A stretch of DNA of 61,481 bases, counting the filler, from Heterodontus francisci (taxonomy: Eukaryota), in assembly GCF_036365525.1 (NCBI RefSeq). It is 4 parts of 4 records of this genome, joined end to end, with 100 filler letters (N's around TTAATTAATTAA, not from the genome) between each part and the next. Parts side by side here need not be neighbours in the genome. Positions count along the whole stretch, not along the records: positions 41,997 to 61,481 come from NW_027140453.1; 3 more parts are not named here. The stretch is one strand, 5' to 3'. The position numbers and the translations under genes are program-made. Of this stretch, positions 51,734 to 61,481 are shown in pieces. How positions within the stretch are numbered: the stretch's first letter is position 1; every line of letters begins with the position of its first letter. The notes under the pieces are model-generated. The model was not told the DNA's origin, did not search any database, and saw nothing but the letters and a program-made list of their open reading frames with translations.

Positions 51734-52077
51734 CACATCATCACCTCACAACACAAAAACATTCCCCAACTCTCTTCTGGAAGAAAAGAAATTCACTGCC
51801 CCATTCCTTAATATTTGATAGTGGCCTCTGGTTAACGCAAGCTAACTGTAAGTTAATGTAAACTCGTGGACTAACCAGGCAGTTTGCAGTTATAGCTCTC
51901 AGAATTCCCAAGACTGTCTGCCCCGTCTCTATGTGGACCTGTTCGTCAGTTATCCACCGTGGCAGTCCTGACAATAGGAGATTTTCTCTAAGTCCCTCAC
52001 AATTATTCATTCAATCCTTCTTGCAAGATGTTTACAGGTGACCCTTGCTTCATTGAAAACAAAGAAACTGAACTCAC

Positions 52078-52134
52078 CCAAAATCGTCAACGTGGACCCG
52101 TCCCCAAAATGTAGCAGGTTGGTATACCCGCCCG
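52078..52134 (-). CDS. TRBJ: TCR beta J segment J1.5: GGYTNLLHFGDGSTLTIL
   Basis: Donor GTGAGT; RSS CACTGAA(52135)-12-ACCAAAATA(52154-52162). Confidence 0.88.
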
Positions 52135-52345
52135 CACTGAACTAAACAACAATACCAAAATACAACGATGGGTAGACAGATGTATGGACAGACAAATAGA
52201 TAAGTAGATGGACAAACAGACAGACAGATGGATCCACAGACCAACAAATAGATAGGTCCATTGATAGATAAAGAAATAGAAAGACTTACAGATGAAAATA
52301 GATGTTTACATATATAAATATCTACATGTGCAAACATAATCTTAC

Positions 52346-52395
52346 CTAAAACAGTGAGTTTCGTCCCAGCTCCGAAATAATAAATCTCACCAGAG
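52346..52395 (-). CDS. TRBJ: TCR beta J segment J1.4: SGEIYYFGAGTKLTVL
   Basis: Donor GTAAGA; RSS CACAATG(52396)-12-ATTAAAACA(52415-52423). Confidence 0.9.
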
Positions 52396-53905
52396 CACAA
52401 TGATAAACTCATGTATTAAAACATCACCTGTCTTTGAGTCCTTTTCCAAAGGAGCCCCTCATAATAAGGGAGAACCTACAAGTATAAGGAAATTTTGTCC
52501 AAAGGAACATAGCAACTGGGGAACAGGAGTAGACCATTCAGCCCTTCGTGCTTATTCCGACATTTAATTAGATTATAAATCAATTGTACCTTAACGCCTT
52601 CGACCTGCCTTCTTGGTTCCATAACCTTTAGCATCTTTGCCGATCAAAAAATCATCAACCACACATTTGAAATTTTCGACTGACTCCCTCAGCTTTCTGT
52701 GGGAGAGATTTCTGGATTCCACAGGGCATTTTGTAAACAAGTCCTTCTTGACATCATTCCTGAATGGTCTAGCTATCAGTGTAAGGTTTTGCTCTCTTGT
52801 TCTGGACCCGTCACACCAGAGGAAATATCAGATCCTATCATTATCTTAAACACATCAATTGGATCACCCCTGAATCTCCAATTCTCAATTTACTGCAACC
52901 CTACTTTAAACAACACATCGTCATAAATTAAACTCTTTTAATACCGGTATTATCCTGGTGAATGAGGAAAGCTCATGGGGCCCTTGACACCTCATTGTCC
53001 ACTGGATATGGATAGCTCACCAGTTCGATTAGTAACTTGAAAATAGTGTGTCTCAAAATGGTTTCATCCATTGCTGCTCGAGGCCAAGAGGGAATATATA
53101 GAATTACATAGAATTTACAACACACAAACAGGCCATTCAGCCCATCTGCTCCATTCCAGTGTTTGCACTCCATTGAGACTCCTCTCATCCCCTTCATTTA
53201 ATCCATTTTTTTTTTATCCAATCTACTTTTTTAAACCCACTCCTTGTGGTTGTGAGTTCCACATTCGCACCACTGTCTGGGTAAAGAAATTTCTCCTGAA
53301 TTCCCTATTGAATTTATTACTGACTATCTGACATTTATGATCCCCCCCGTTCTGGTCTCCCCACAAGTGGAAAAAACTTCGGTGTGTCTACCCTATCGAA
53401 ACCGCTTTCAAAATCGTGCAGACCTCGACCAGGTCACCCCTCAAACTTCACTGCTCTCGAGAAAGGAGTTCCAGTCTGTCCGACCTTCCCCAATAGTTAC
53501 AACGTCCCAGTTTGGGCAGCACAGCTGTTAATCTGTTTTGTTTTACCTTATCCAGAGCCTCTACATCATTTATTTTATAATATGCAGACCAGAACTGCAT
53601 ACTGAACGATGCAATCTGACATTTTTCGTTCTTTGTCTGTGTCCTCTTGTTTTGCTCTCACAAGCGCAATCATTCTATTTGTATCTACATTGCTGTTTGT
53701 TCTGTTTCTTTTAGCGACCCTCCCTTATGTATCCACTCAAACCCCTTCCCTACAGTGAAACGAATTCGGCAGTTGTAGGTCTCCCCTTGTAAGCTGAAGA
53801 ATTGAAATTAATTCACCAAAGTTCTACATTTTCACCCCCTCGACCATCCCACGTGAATTACCAAATTGAATCAACTTTTCCAGTATTAGGAATGCATTCA
53901 CTCAC

Positions 53906-53955
53906 CTAAAACCACCAGTTTGGTCCCATCTCCGAAATATTCTTCGGTATTGGAG
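53906..53955 (-). CDS. TRBJ: TCR beta J segment J1.3: SNTEEYFGDGTKLVVL
   Basis: Donor GTGAGT; RSS CACACTG(53956)-13-ACAAAATCC(53976-53984). Confidence 0.92.
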
Positions 53956-54588
53956 CACACTGGTATGGGGCTGTCACAAAATCCCCCCCAATCCCCTTAG
54001 ATTGTTAATTCTGTTCCATTGAAGTTCCTATTATGTAAATGACCGTACAGGTCGTAGGAACATGGGGACAGGAGGTGGCCATTCAGCCCTTCGAGCCTGT
54101 TCCACCATTCAGTTATTTCAGGGTTGATCTGAATCTTAACTCCATCATCCCTCCTTGGTTCTGCAACCCTCAATATTTTTGTTTTACACAGGTCGATCAA
54201 TCTTGGATTTGAATTTATCAATTGACCCCCAGTCTCAACAGATTGTTTTGGGGAGAGAAGGAGGGGGAGAGAGTTCCTGATTTCCACTACCCTTTGTGTG
54301 AAGAAGTGCTTCCTGATATCACCCCTGAAAGGTGATAATTTAAATTGTTCTGGACACTCCCCAACGTGAGAAAGCAGTTTCTCTCTCTATCTATCCAACA
54401 CCTCAAACCCCTCCATTATATCAGCCCTTAATGTTCTATATTCGAGGGACTGTCAGCTTAGTCTGAGTAACCAGTCCTCATGAGTTAACCCTTTAATGTA
54501 TCTCATATCTGAACATTACTCCTGGTGATTTTTTAACTAGATATAGATTCTGATCGATAGGAGGAACAGAAATACAGAGTCACCTTAC

Positions 54589-54636
54589 CCAAAACTGTCA
54601 ACTTGGTCCCATCGCCGAAGTAAGCTATGTCTTTTG
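54589..54636 (-). CDS. TRBJ: TCR beta J segment J1.2: KDIAYFGDGTKLTVL
   Basis: Donor GTAAGG; RSS CACGATG(54637)-12-TCATGAACA. Confidence 0.9.
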
Positions 54637-54877
54637 CACGATGCTCTAAACTCAGTCATGAACAGACCCGGGAGATGTTCCCCTTGTAACTGAACGAGAC
54701 AGGACGGGGTGGTTTAGAGGCCAGGGTCATATTGGACTGGTCTTTGCAAACCAGAAAGAAGGGCCAGTGTCATCAGCCTGACTTTTTAAACCGCCCGCGG
54801 AGGGTTGGGGGGAATAAGCTTGGAATACAAACAGCTGGACATGAAGGGAGTGGGGGAAAAACGCCCCATTATCTTAC

Positions 54878-54928
54878 CTATCACTGTCAGTTTGGTGCCG
54901 GTCCCGAAGTTGAGTGGTGTGTTGGTAG
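54878..54928 (-). CDS. TRBJ: TCR beta J segment J1.1: TNTPLNFGTGTKLTVI
   Basis: Donor GTAAGA; RSS CACGTCA(54929)-12-ACATCAACC(54948-54956). Confidence 0.9.
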
Positions 54929-55411
54929 CACGTCAGCAGATCACGTTACATCAACCCGGTCAGAAACTGATTGCTAAAAGTGACCTGCTCAGCATTTAGG
55001 AAGCACTGGTCAAGACAATCAGGACACAGAAAGCAGCTTACAGCCAATGAAGCAGTTTGTTTAGGAAGTAGTCACACAGGGAGACGCAGCAACTGATATT
55101 GTACCAAGGAAGTCCCATCAAACAGCAATGAGATTAATGAGCACATCATTCTTTGTGATGTTGGTTGAGGGATCAATATTGGTCCCAGGACACCAGGGTG
55201 GGGTTTAAAGGTTAAAGAGTAACCAGTTTCCACACAAATGACACAGTTATTCTATTTTCCAGAGGAATATTCCAGGTTATAAGGCTGGACCATTCTGAGA
55301 CATCTTTATAATAAAAACGGCCCTGTTCCCGCCATAATCCAGGGCCATGTTGACTCCTTTACTCTGTTGTCACTGCTCTTCTGCTGATCCTCCACCAGGT
55401 GTGTTGAACGA

Positions 55412-55450
55412 GGTTTTTGTACGGAGGTTGCATTGGATTTTATCACCGTG
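55412..55450 (-). promoter_or_regulatory. 3' 23-RSS of D1
   Basis: Minus strand: CACGGTG ATAAAATCCAATGCAACCTCCGT ACAAAAACC. Confidence 0.95.
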
Positions 55451-55463
55451 TCCCTGCTGTCCC
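55451..55463 (-). CDS. TRBD: TCR beta D segment D1: GGGACAGCAGGGA (GTAG/GQQG/DSR)
   Basis: GGGACAG core flanked by 12- and 23-RSS; paralog of 46164-46176. Confidence 0.95.
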
Positions 55464-55491
55464 CACGGTGATAGACACTCATACAAAAAAG
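55464..55491 (+). promoter_or_regulatory. 5' 12-RSS of D1
   Basis: CACGGTG ATAGACACTCAT ACAAAAAAG, identical to the D2 12-RSS. Confidence 0.95.
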
Positions 55492-55642
55492 CGGAACACG
55501 AAATTTACATTTCCTATCCGCTTAAACGGCTCCCGAGGGTTTCACCTGGTGACGGCAGTTGAGACTGAGGTGCTGAAGTTTACTTAGACCTTCGGAGCAC
55601 AATTCGAGGCCATTCAGAACCTCTCAAAGCTGTTTCACATTC

Positions 55643-56227
55643 GCAGGAGGAGGACATTCAGCCCCTCTAGAACCTGCTACACAGGAACAGGAGGAGGGCA
55701 TTCAGCCCCTCTCCAGTCTGTTACGCAGGAACAGGAGGAGGACATTCAGCCCCTCTAGAGCCTGCTACACAGGAACAGGAGGTGGGCATTCAGCCCCTCT
55801 CCAGTCTGTTACGCAGGAACAGGAGGAGGACATTCAGTCCCTCTAGAGCCTGCTACACAGGAACAGGAGGAGGACATTCAGCCCCTCTCCATTGTGTTTC
55901 ACAGGAACAGGAGGAGGCCATTTAGCCCCTCTCCAGTCTGTTACACAGAAACAGGAGGAGGACATTCAGTCCCTCTCCAGTCTGTTACACAGAAACAGGA
56001 GGAGGACATTCAGCCCCTCTCCAGTCTGTTGCACAGGAATAGGAGCAGGACATTCAGCCCCTCTAGAGCCTGCTACACAGGAACAGGAGGAGGGCATTCA
56101 GCCCCTCTCCAGTCTGTTACACAGGAACAGGAGGAGGACATTCAGCCCCTCTCCAGTCTGTTCCACAGGAACAGGAAGAGGGCATTCAGCCCCTCTCCAG
56201 TCTGTTACACAGAAACAGGTGGAAGAC
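55643..56227 (+). repeat. 44-bp minisatellite (AGGAACAGGAGGAGGACATTCAGCCCCTCTCCAGTCTGTTACAC), CR1-tail derived
   Basis: About 13 units up to the gap. A diverged short paralogous array lies at 46347-46500. Confidence 0.88.
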
Positions 56228-56576
56228 NNNNNNNNNNNNNNNNNNNNNNNNNNNNNNNNNNNNNNNNNNNNNNNNNNNNNNNNNNNNNNNNNNNNNNNNN
56301 NNNNNNNNNNNNNNNNNNNNNNNNNNNNNNNNNNNNNNNNNNNNNNNNNNNNNNNNNNNNNNNNNNNNNNNNNNNNNNNNNNNNNNNNNNNNNNNNNNNN
56401 NNNNNNNNNNNNNNNNNNNNNNNNNNNNNNNNNNNNNNNNNNNNNNNNNNNNNNNNNNNNNNNNNNNNNNNNNNNNNNNNNNNNNNNNNNNNNNNNNNNN
56501 NNNNNNNNNNNNNNNNNNNNNNNNNNNNNNNNNNNNNNNNNNNNNNNNNNNNNNNNNNNNNNNNNNNNNNNNNNNN
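56228..56576. other. Assembly gap (349 N, no linker)
   Basis: N run. Confidence 0.97.
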
Positions 56577-56644
56577 AATTCCTTCCCTCTGTTGCACCCC
56601 TTATCCCAATCTCTGCCTCCGTTCCTTACCCTTTTCTTTACCTG

Positions 56645-56876
56645 CATTGTCCCTCCACAACCTGCAGGATCTCAGGAAGCACCGGCTACGGGTCCTCAAA
56701 CAGAACACACTTAATGTATACAGTAAATCGTGTACACTGCAATCTCTTCACCTATCACTGAGAGAGTCCCAGGTCTGCCAAACCAGGGGTGTGCAAGTTC
56801 CCAGGTGTTCTGTTGCGGTGCTGTTATCATTTCAGCTGATCTGTCTGCACACCAACAGCCATCGCCCATGCACCTG
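56645..56876 (-). promoter_or_regulatory. Candidate D1 germline promoter (PDbeta-like) block
   Basis: CAGGTG (56802), RUNX-like TGCGGT (56814), GATA TTATCA (56824), CAGCTG (56833) and CACCTG (56871); paralog of 46690-46927. Confidence 0.4.
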
Positions 56877-57149
56877 GTCCTCAACTCTAACATTGAGGGT
56901 TTTCCTCTTTTGTTCGGTTCTGATGCTGCTTGCTCTTCAGATGAAGGTAACGCGAGGTTCTGGGTTCAAGAGGTTCAAAAAATTTCTAACAATAAAGGCG
57001 GACATTGAATGAAGGATTGGGATATGGACACAAAACATTTTCAAAGAAAGGCGATTATGGAGTCATCAAAGTAAGTACATTTCCCTTTGTCCTTTTGCAA
57101 ACATGGCACAAAGTAGGAATCTATTGCTGCTTCTAAATGTTCCCTGGAC

Positions 57150-57700
57150 ATTATAGAGCGATGAGAAGTCATGTTAAACTTGTATTGAATCTAGCTTAGG
57201 CCACAGTTCGAGCACTTTTCACAGTTCTGGTATTCATTTTAAAGAGATATAGAGATACAGGAGAAGCGGCAAAAAAGTAATGACAAGGATGATATCAGAA
57301 CTGAGAGGTTATAATTATCAGGAAGGGCTGTAAAGAGAAGGCTGAAGGGTGATCTGATGGATGGATTTAAGATTATGAAAGAGTTTTTGATAGGGTTGAC
57401 GTGCAAAAGATGTTTTCACTTGTGGGGGAGTCAGGAACTCCGAACCATCAATAGAAAGATAGTCACTAATAAATAACATCGGGAATTCAGGAGAAACCTC
57501 TTTACCCAGAGAGTGGGAGGAAGTAGGGAGTTGGATAGGTGAATAGCGGAGATGTATTCAAGAGGGAATCTGGATAAACAAATGGGGGTGGGGGAGATTT
57601 GGAAGGATCTACTGATGGGGTGAGATGAAGACGGGAGCGAGGAAGCTCGTGTGGAGGATGAACGCCAGCATGCATGTGTTGGGCCGAATGGCATGTTTCT
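57150..57700 (+). mobile_element. CR1 LINE 3' fragment
   Basis: AGAAGGCTGAAGGGTGATCTGAT..GAATTCAGGAGAAACCTCTTTACCCAGAGAGTG and tail TGGGCCGAATGGC. Confidence 0.7.
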
Positions 57701-57793
57701 TTGCGATTTGCCTCAGGACACAGTCCAAGGGGTATAGTGTGTCTCACCTGAGAAGGCAGACCAGTCGCTGGTTTAAAATCTCAGGTGCAAATT

Positions 57794-58602
57794 CAGCACT
57801 CCCTCTGCACTGACCGTCTGAGAGTGCAGCACTCCCACAGTACTGACCCTCGGACAGTGCATCACTTCCTCAGTACTGACCCTCTGACAGTGCAGCACTC
57901 CCTCAGTACTGACCCTCTGACAGTGCAGCACTCCCTCAGTACTGACCCTCTGACAGTGCAGCACTCCCTCAGTTCGGACACTCAGACAGTGCAGCACTCC
58001 CTCAGTACTGACCATCTGACAGTGCAGCACTCTCTCAGTACTGACACTCTGACAGTGCAGCACTCCCTCAGTACTGACACTCAGACAGTGCAGCACTCCC
58101 TCAGTACTGACCCACTGACAGTGCAGCACTCCCTCAGTACTGACCATCTGAGAGTGCAGCACTCCCTCAGTACTGCCCCTCTGACAGTGCAGCACTCTCT
58201 CAGTACTGACACTCTGACAGTGCAGCACTCCCTCAGTACTGACACTGTGACAGAGCAGCACTCCCTCAGTACTGACCCTCTGACAGTGCTGCAATCCCTC
58301 AGTACAGACACTCTGTCATGCAGCACTCTCTCAGTACAGACACTCTGCCAGTGCAGTGCTCCCTCAGTACTGACCCTCTGACAGTGCAGCATTACCTCAG
58401 TACTAACCCTCTGACAGTGCAGCACTCCCTCAGTACTGACACTCTGACATGCAGCACTCCCTCAGTACTGACCCTCGGACAGTGCAGCACTCCCTCAGTG
58501 CTGACCATCTGATGGTGCAGCACTCCCTCAGTACTGACTCTCCAACAGTGCAGCACTCCCTCAGTACTGACCCTCCAACAATGCAGCACTCCCTCAGTAC
58601 TG
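57794..58602 (-). repeat. Inverted array of the 33-bp SINE-derived repeat
   Basis: CAGTGCAGCACTCCCTCAGTACTGACCCTCTGA units, the reverse complement of the 7123-11010 family. Confidence 0.92.
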
Positions 58603-58636
58603 AATTAACGAAATTAGCTGCATTGGTGATCGATGG

Positions 58637-58650
58637 GCGGTAGGTGGCGC
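58637..58650 (+). promoter_or_regulatory. CTCF-like motif
   Basis: GCGGTAGGTGGCGC compared with core CCASYAGRKGGCRC. Confidence 0.4.
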
Positions 58651-59611
58651 TATTGCTCCACTAATCCTAATCGCTTCTTCATTTCACAGCCGTTCCTTCC
58701 TCTGACAGCGACCTCAGGTCTGCCATTCCCTCCCAAACCCCCTCCACATCTCTCTCCTCCAAATCTTCCCAGCTTTGGCCCACACCTCGTAACAATTTCT
58801 GCTGTAACTCTGTGTCAAATAGTTGGCAGATTTACACTCTTCGGGCCATTTATCTCGGGACGGTGAAGTCGCTACATAAATGCAAACTGCAGCTGTTTAA
58901 TTACACGCTCGTGCTGACCTGTGAACAGGAGGTTTGGGACTTGGAACATGTCTTCCAGAAACGGACTCTGTCGGCAGTTTCGCTTGACGTTTCTTCCACG
59001 GGGGGAGACGAATTAAACTCTGCATTCACTGAAAATTTGATTCGAATTTGTCACGACCGGGATTTCGCGTCCTGTTGCTATAGTTTTCAGCACTTGTATG
59101 TTGTCGCTTGATGTAACGTCCTCTTAAAATCTATCACCATCCTCCTCACGGTTCACAATGCTGCAAAGTTTGCAAATGTGCCCTGCACACGCAAGTCTAT
59201 GTTATTAATATCGATCAAGACAAGCAGTGGTCCCTGGAGAACCCCACTATATACCTTCCTTCAGAATGAACACCAACTGTTTACCACTACTCTGTTCCAT
59301 GTTGCTTTGTATCCATGTTGATAATGCCCCTTTTATTGCATGGGCTTTATCTTTGCTGACAAGCCTGTTATGAAGTACTTTATCAAACGCTTTTTTTGAA
59401 GTTCATGTACACCACATCAACCGCAATACCCTCATTAACCCTCTCTGTTACCTCATCAAAAAATGTGTATCCGACTCTTGGTTTCCTGATTAGTCTACAG
59501 AGTGCTGGTTGTTTCAAAATGCCATGCAGTATTCATCATCTCTACAGATGGGAGAACCTCAAAGCACCCTGTATGACTGACCACTTCCTCTGATGTGTCT
59601 TTATATATCAG

Positions 59612-59922
59612 CCGTGGTTTAGTGGGGAGTACCTCGGCACTGAGTCAGAGGTTTGTGGGTTTAAGTCCCCGCACCATGATTTAAGCATAAAATCTAGGAT
59701 GACACTCCCAGTGCAGGACAGAGAAAGTGCTGCACCGTGTGGAGGTGTAGCACCGAGGTACTCTCTTTATTTTGGCTGAGATGTTAAAACGAGGTCCCGA
59801 CTGCAGACGGGAATGATCCCATAGCCACTATTTCGGAGAATAACAGGAGCATTCTGGAGGATTATCTGGGGCAATAGACATCCCTAAACCAACTTAACTA
59901 AAACAGATTGTTTGGTCATTCT
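59612..59922 (+). mobile_element. tRNA-headed SINE, degenerate
   Basis: GCCGTGGTTTAGTGGG..GGGTTTAAGTCCC head and GATGACACTCCCAGTGCAG..GAGATGTTAAAACGAGG body. Confidence 0.65.
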
Positions 59923-59931
59923 CAGTTTCCA

Positions 59932-59945
59932 CCAGGAGATGGCGC
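59932..59945 (+). promoter_or_regulatory. CTCF-like motif
   Basis: CCAGGAGATGGCGC, one mismatch to the core consensus. Confidence 0.5.
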
Positions 59946-60023
59946 AGTTCTCCGCAGAACTTGTGGCTGCAAATAGGATTCGATCAGATGGAGAGACAAT
60001 GAATTTCCATTCAGCGAGTGATC

Positions 60024-60037
60024 GCGCCCTCTGGCGG
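60024..60037 (-). promoter_or_regulatory. CTCF motif
   Basis: Minus strand GG-CCGCCAGAGGGCGC, a close match to the CTCF core. Confidence 0.6.
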
Positions 60038-60699
60038 CCGCAGAGGGAATTTTCATCACCATTCATCATTTGGATCATCCATCTGACGTAAAGGAGTCGC
60101 AGTCCGAGTATGATCAATGCTACCTACTTCCAGTGAGATGTCGGATTATTTATTGCCATGTGCAAAGATGACCAGATCGTGACAAATGGAGCGAAACTCC
60201 CCACCCCCGCAACCCCTCCACTAACACTATTGGATCTAAGATGCATCAGTTGGAATTCATTCCTGGTTATGTGCATTCACCTCACATTGGAATTTCGAGA
60301 CAGGGTGCCAACCGGCAGTTTTATCACGCTGCTCGATCTTGGACCCTGCAAGTAAAGGGTTACTATCTTGTTGGCACGTGGAAAAGACTTCTGATCTGCG
60401 TCCCTGCAATTTTGCTTCAATCATCAGAGAACACATCAGCTAAGGAACTCACTTTCGACTCCACTGGCATAATGGAGGTTGGAAATGTGCACAGCATCTC
60501 GAATCCGTAAAGGCTGGAGGACATCTTACCGTCAGGAGCCCATTAAAAGTCTTCCACTTCATAAAAGCTAAAGAAAAGAAATGACGGAATGTTGTAGATT
60601 TCGGGAACTTCAGTCCAATCTGAAAATATCTGGGGTTGCAGCAAAAGTGGTCGAGAAACAGGGTGAGTAATTTCAATGACAACATTCTTCCCATTATTG

Positions 60700-61410
60700 A
60701 TATTGCAAGAGGGACCCGTGTATATGAATCAGAGCAATTTTACATCAATGTGCAGCAAGGAATTAGGAATGCGAGTAGCATGTTAGCTTTTATTGTAAGG
60801 CGTTTGAAACATAAGAGTAAGGAAATCTTTCTGCAGCGAGTTCGGACTTTGGTAACAACACACCTTTAGTGTTGTGTAGAGTGTTGCTCTCCTTATCTAC
60901 GGAAGCATGTATTTGCCTTAGAGGAGGTTGCAACGAAGGTTCACTCAATTGGTTCCAAGGAGGAGAAGGCTGCCCAATGAGGAGAAATTGAGTCGAATGG
61001 GCAGTTATTGTCTGGAATCAGAGGTGATCCATTTGAAACGTACAAGATTATGAGCGGGTTTGACATGGTACACACTGAGAGGCTGCTTCCCCCCTGGCTA
61101 GAGAACCTAGAAATAAGGAGTCGAATCTTCAAGATAAGGGGTCCATCTATCGTACTTAGATGAGGAGGAATGTCTTCACTCAGAGGGTTATGACTCTTTG
61201 GAATTCAGAGAGCTTTGGATTCTCAGTCATTGAGAATATTGAAGACATGAGATCCATAGATTTTAGGCACCAAGGGAATCCGTGGATGTAGGAATATGGC
61301 GGGAAAGTGGAGTAAAGGTAGCAGATCCTCAAGATCTACATTACGTGGAGGAGCAGTTTCGACGGGCCGAATGGCTTACTCCTGCTCCTATTTTCTAATG
61401 TTCTGATGTA
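60700..61410 (+). mobile_element. CR1 LINE 3' portion
   Basis: ASSMLAFIVRRLKHKSKEI..RTLVTTHL, IRGDPFETYKIMSGFD and tail GGGCCGAATGGCTTACTCCTGCTCCTAT. Confidence 0.8.
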
Positions 61411-61481
61411 AGTGGTTCCTGCGCGTTTGCAGTGTCAGGTCATTGTGTCATCACATACGGTCTAAAATATTATCTTTCTCT

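Larger units (their letters stand above)
42107..55491 (-). other. TRB: T-cell receptor beta D-J region (2 D, 16 J)
   Basis: TRBD1-like D cores with 12/23 RSS; FGxG J segments with 12-RSS and phase-1 GT donors; EAYFGDGTKLVVL-type J. Confidence 0.92.

Noticed and set aside
42113-54928. Assignment of the J segments to IgH, IgL, TRA, TRG or TRD
   Set aside because: FGxG rather than WGxG excludes IgH. D segments exclude IgL, TRA and TRG. The GGGACAG core with one D per J cluster favours TRB over TRD.
56880-61481. V segments or trypsinogen exons expected upstream of D
   Set aside because: No YxC plus 23-RSS and no serine-protease motifs seen; the region is mostly CR1, SINE and satellite.

Overview
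This is vertebrate genomic DNA, very likely shark or another elasmobranch, judged from an HE1-type V-SINE plus abundant CR1, L2 and Penelope-like repeats. The key content is the D-J part of a T-cell receptor beta (TRB) locus on the minus strand (~42.1-55.5 kb). It has two 13-nt D segments (GGGACAGCAGGGA and GGGACAGGGGGGA, resembling the conserved TRBD1 core GGGACAGGGGGC), each with a 5' 12-RSS and a 3' 23-RSS. It also has 16 J segments with 12-type RSSs and GT splice donors. In transcription order the layout is D1-J x7 - [D-less remnant of 3 J] - D2-J x6 - assembly gap, with no constant-region exon visible between clusters or elsewhere in the window. Segment numbers are my own working labels. 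Three CTCF-like motifs lie upstream of D1, and a duplicated E-box/GATA block lies upstream of each D. The rest is tandem arrays (37, 33, 35-37, ~31, 58 and 44 bp units, several traceable to LINE/SINE pieces), decayed retrotransposons (Tx1/L1, RTE, L2, CR1) and four assembly gaps, three carrying an artificial TTAATTAATTAA linker. The long ORFs in the track at 7-11 kb are satellite artefacts.
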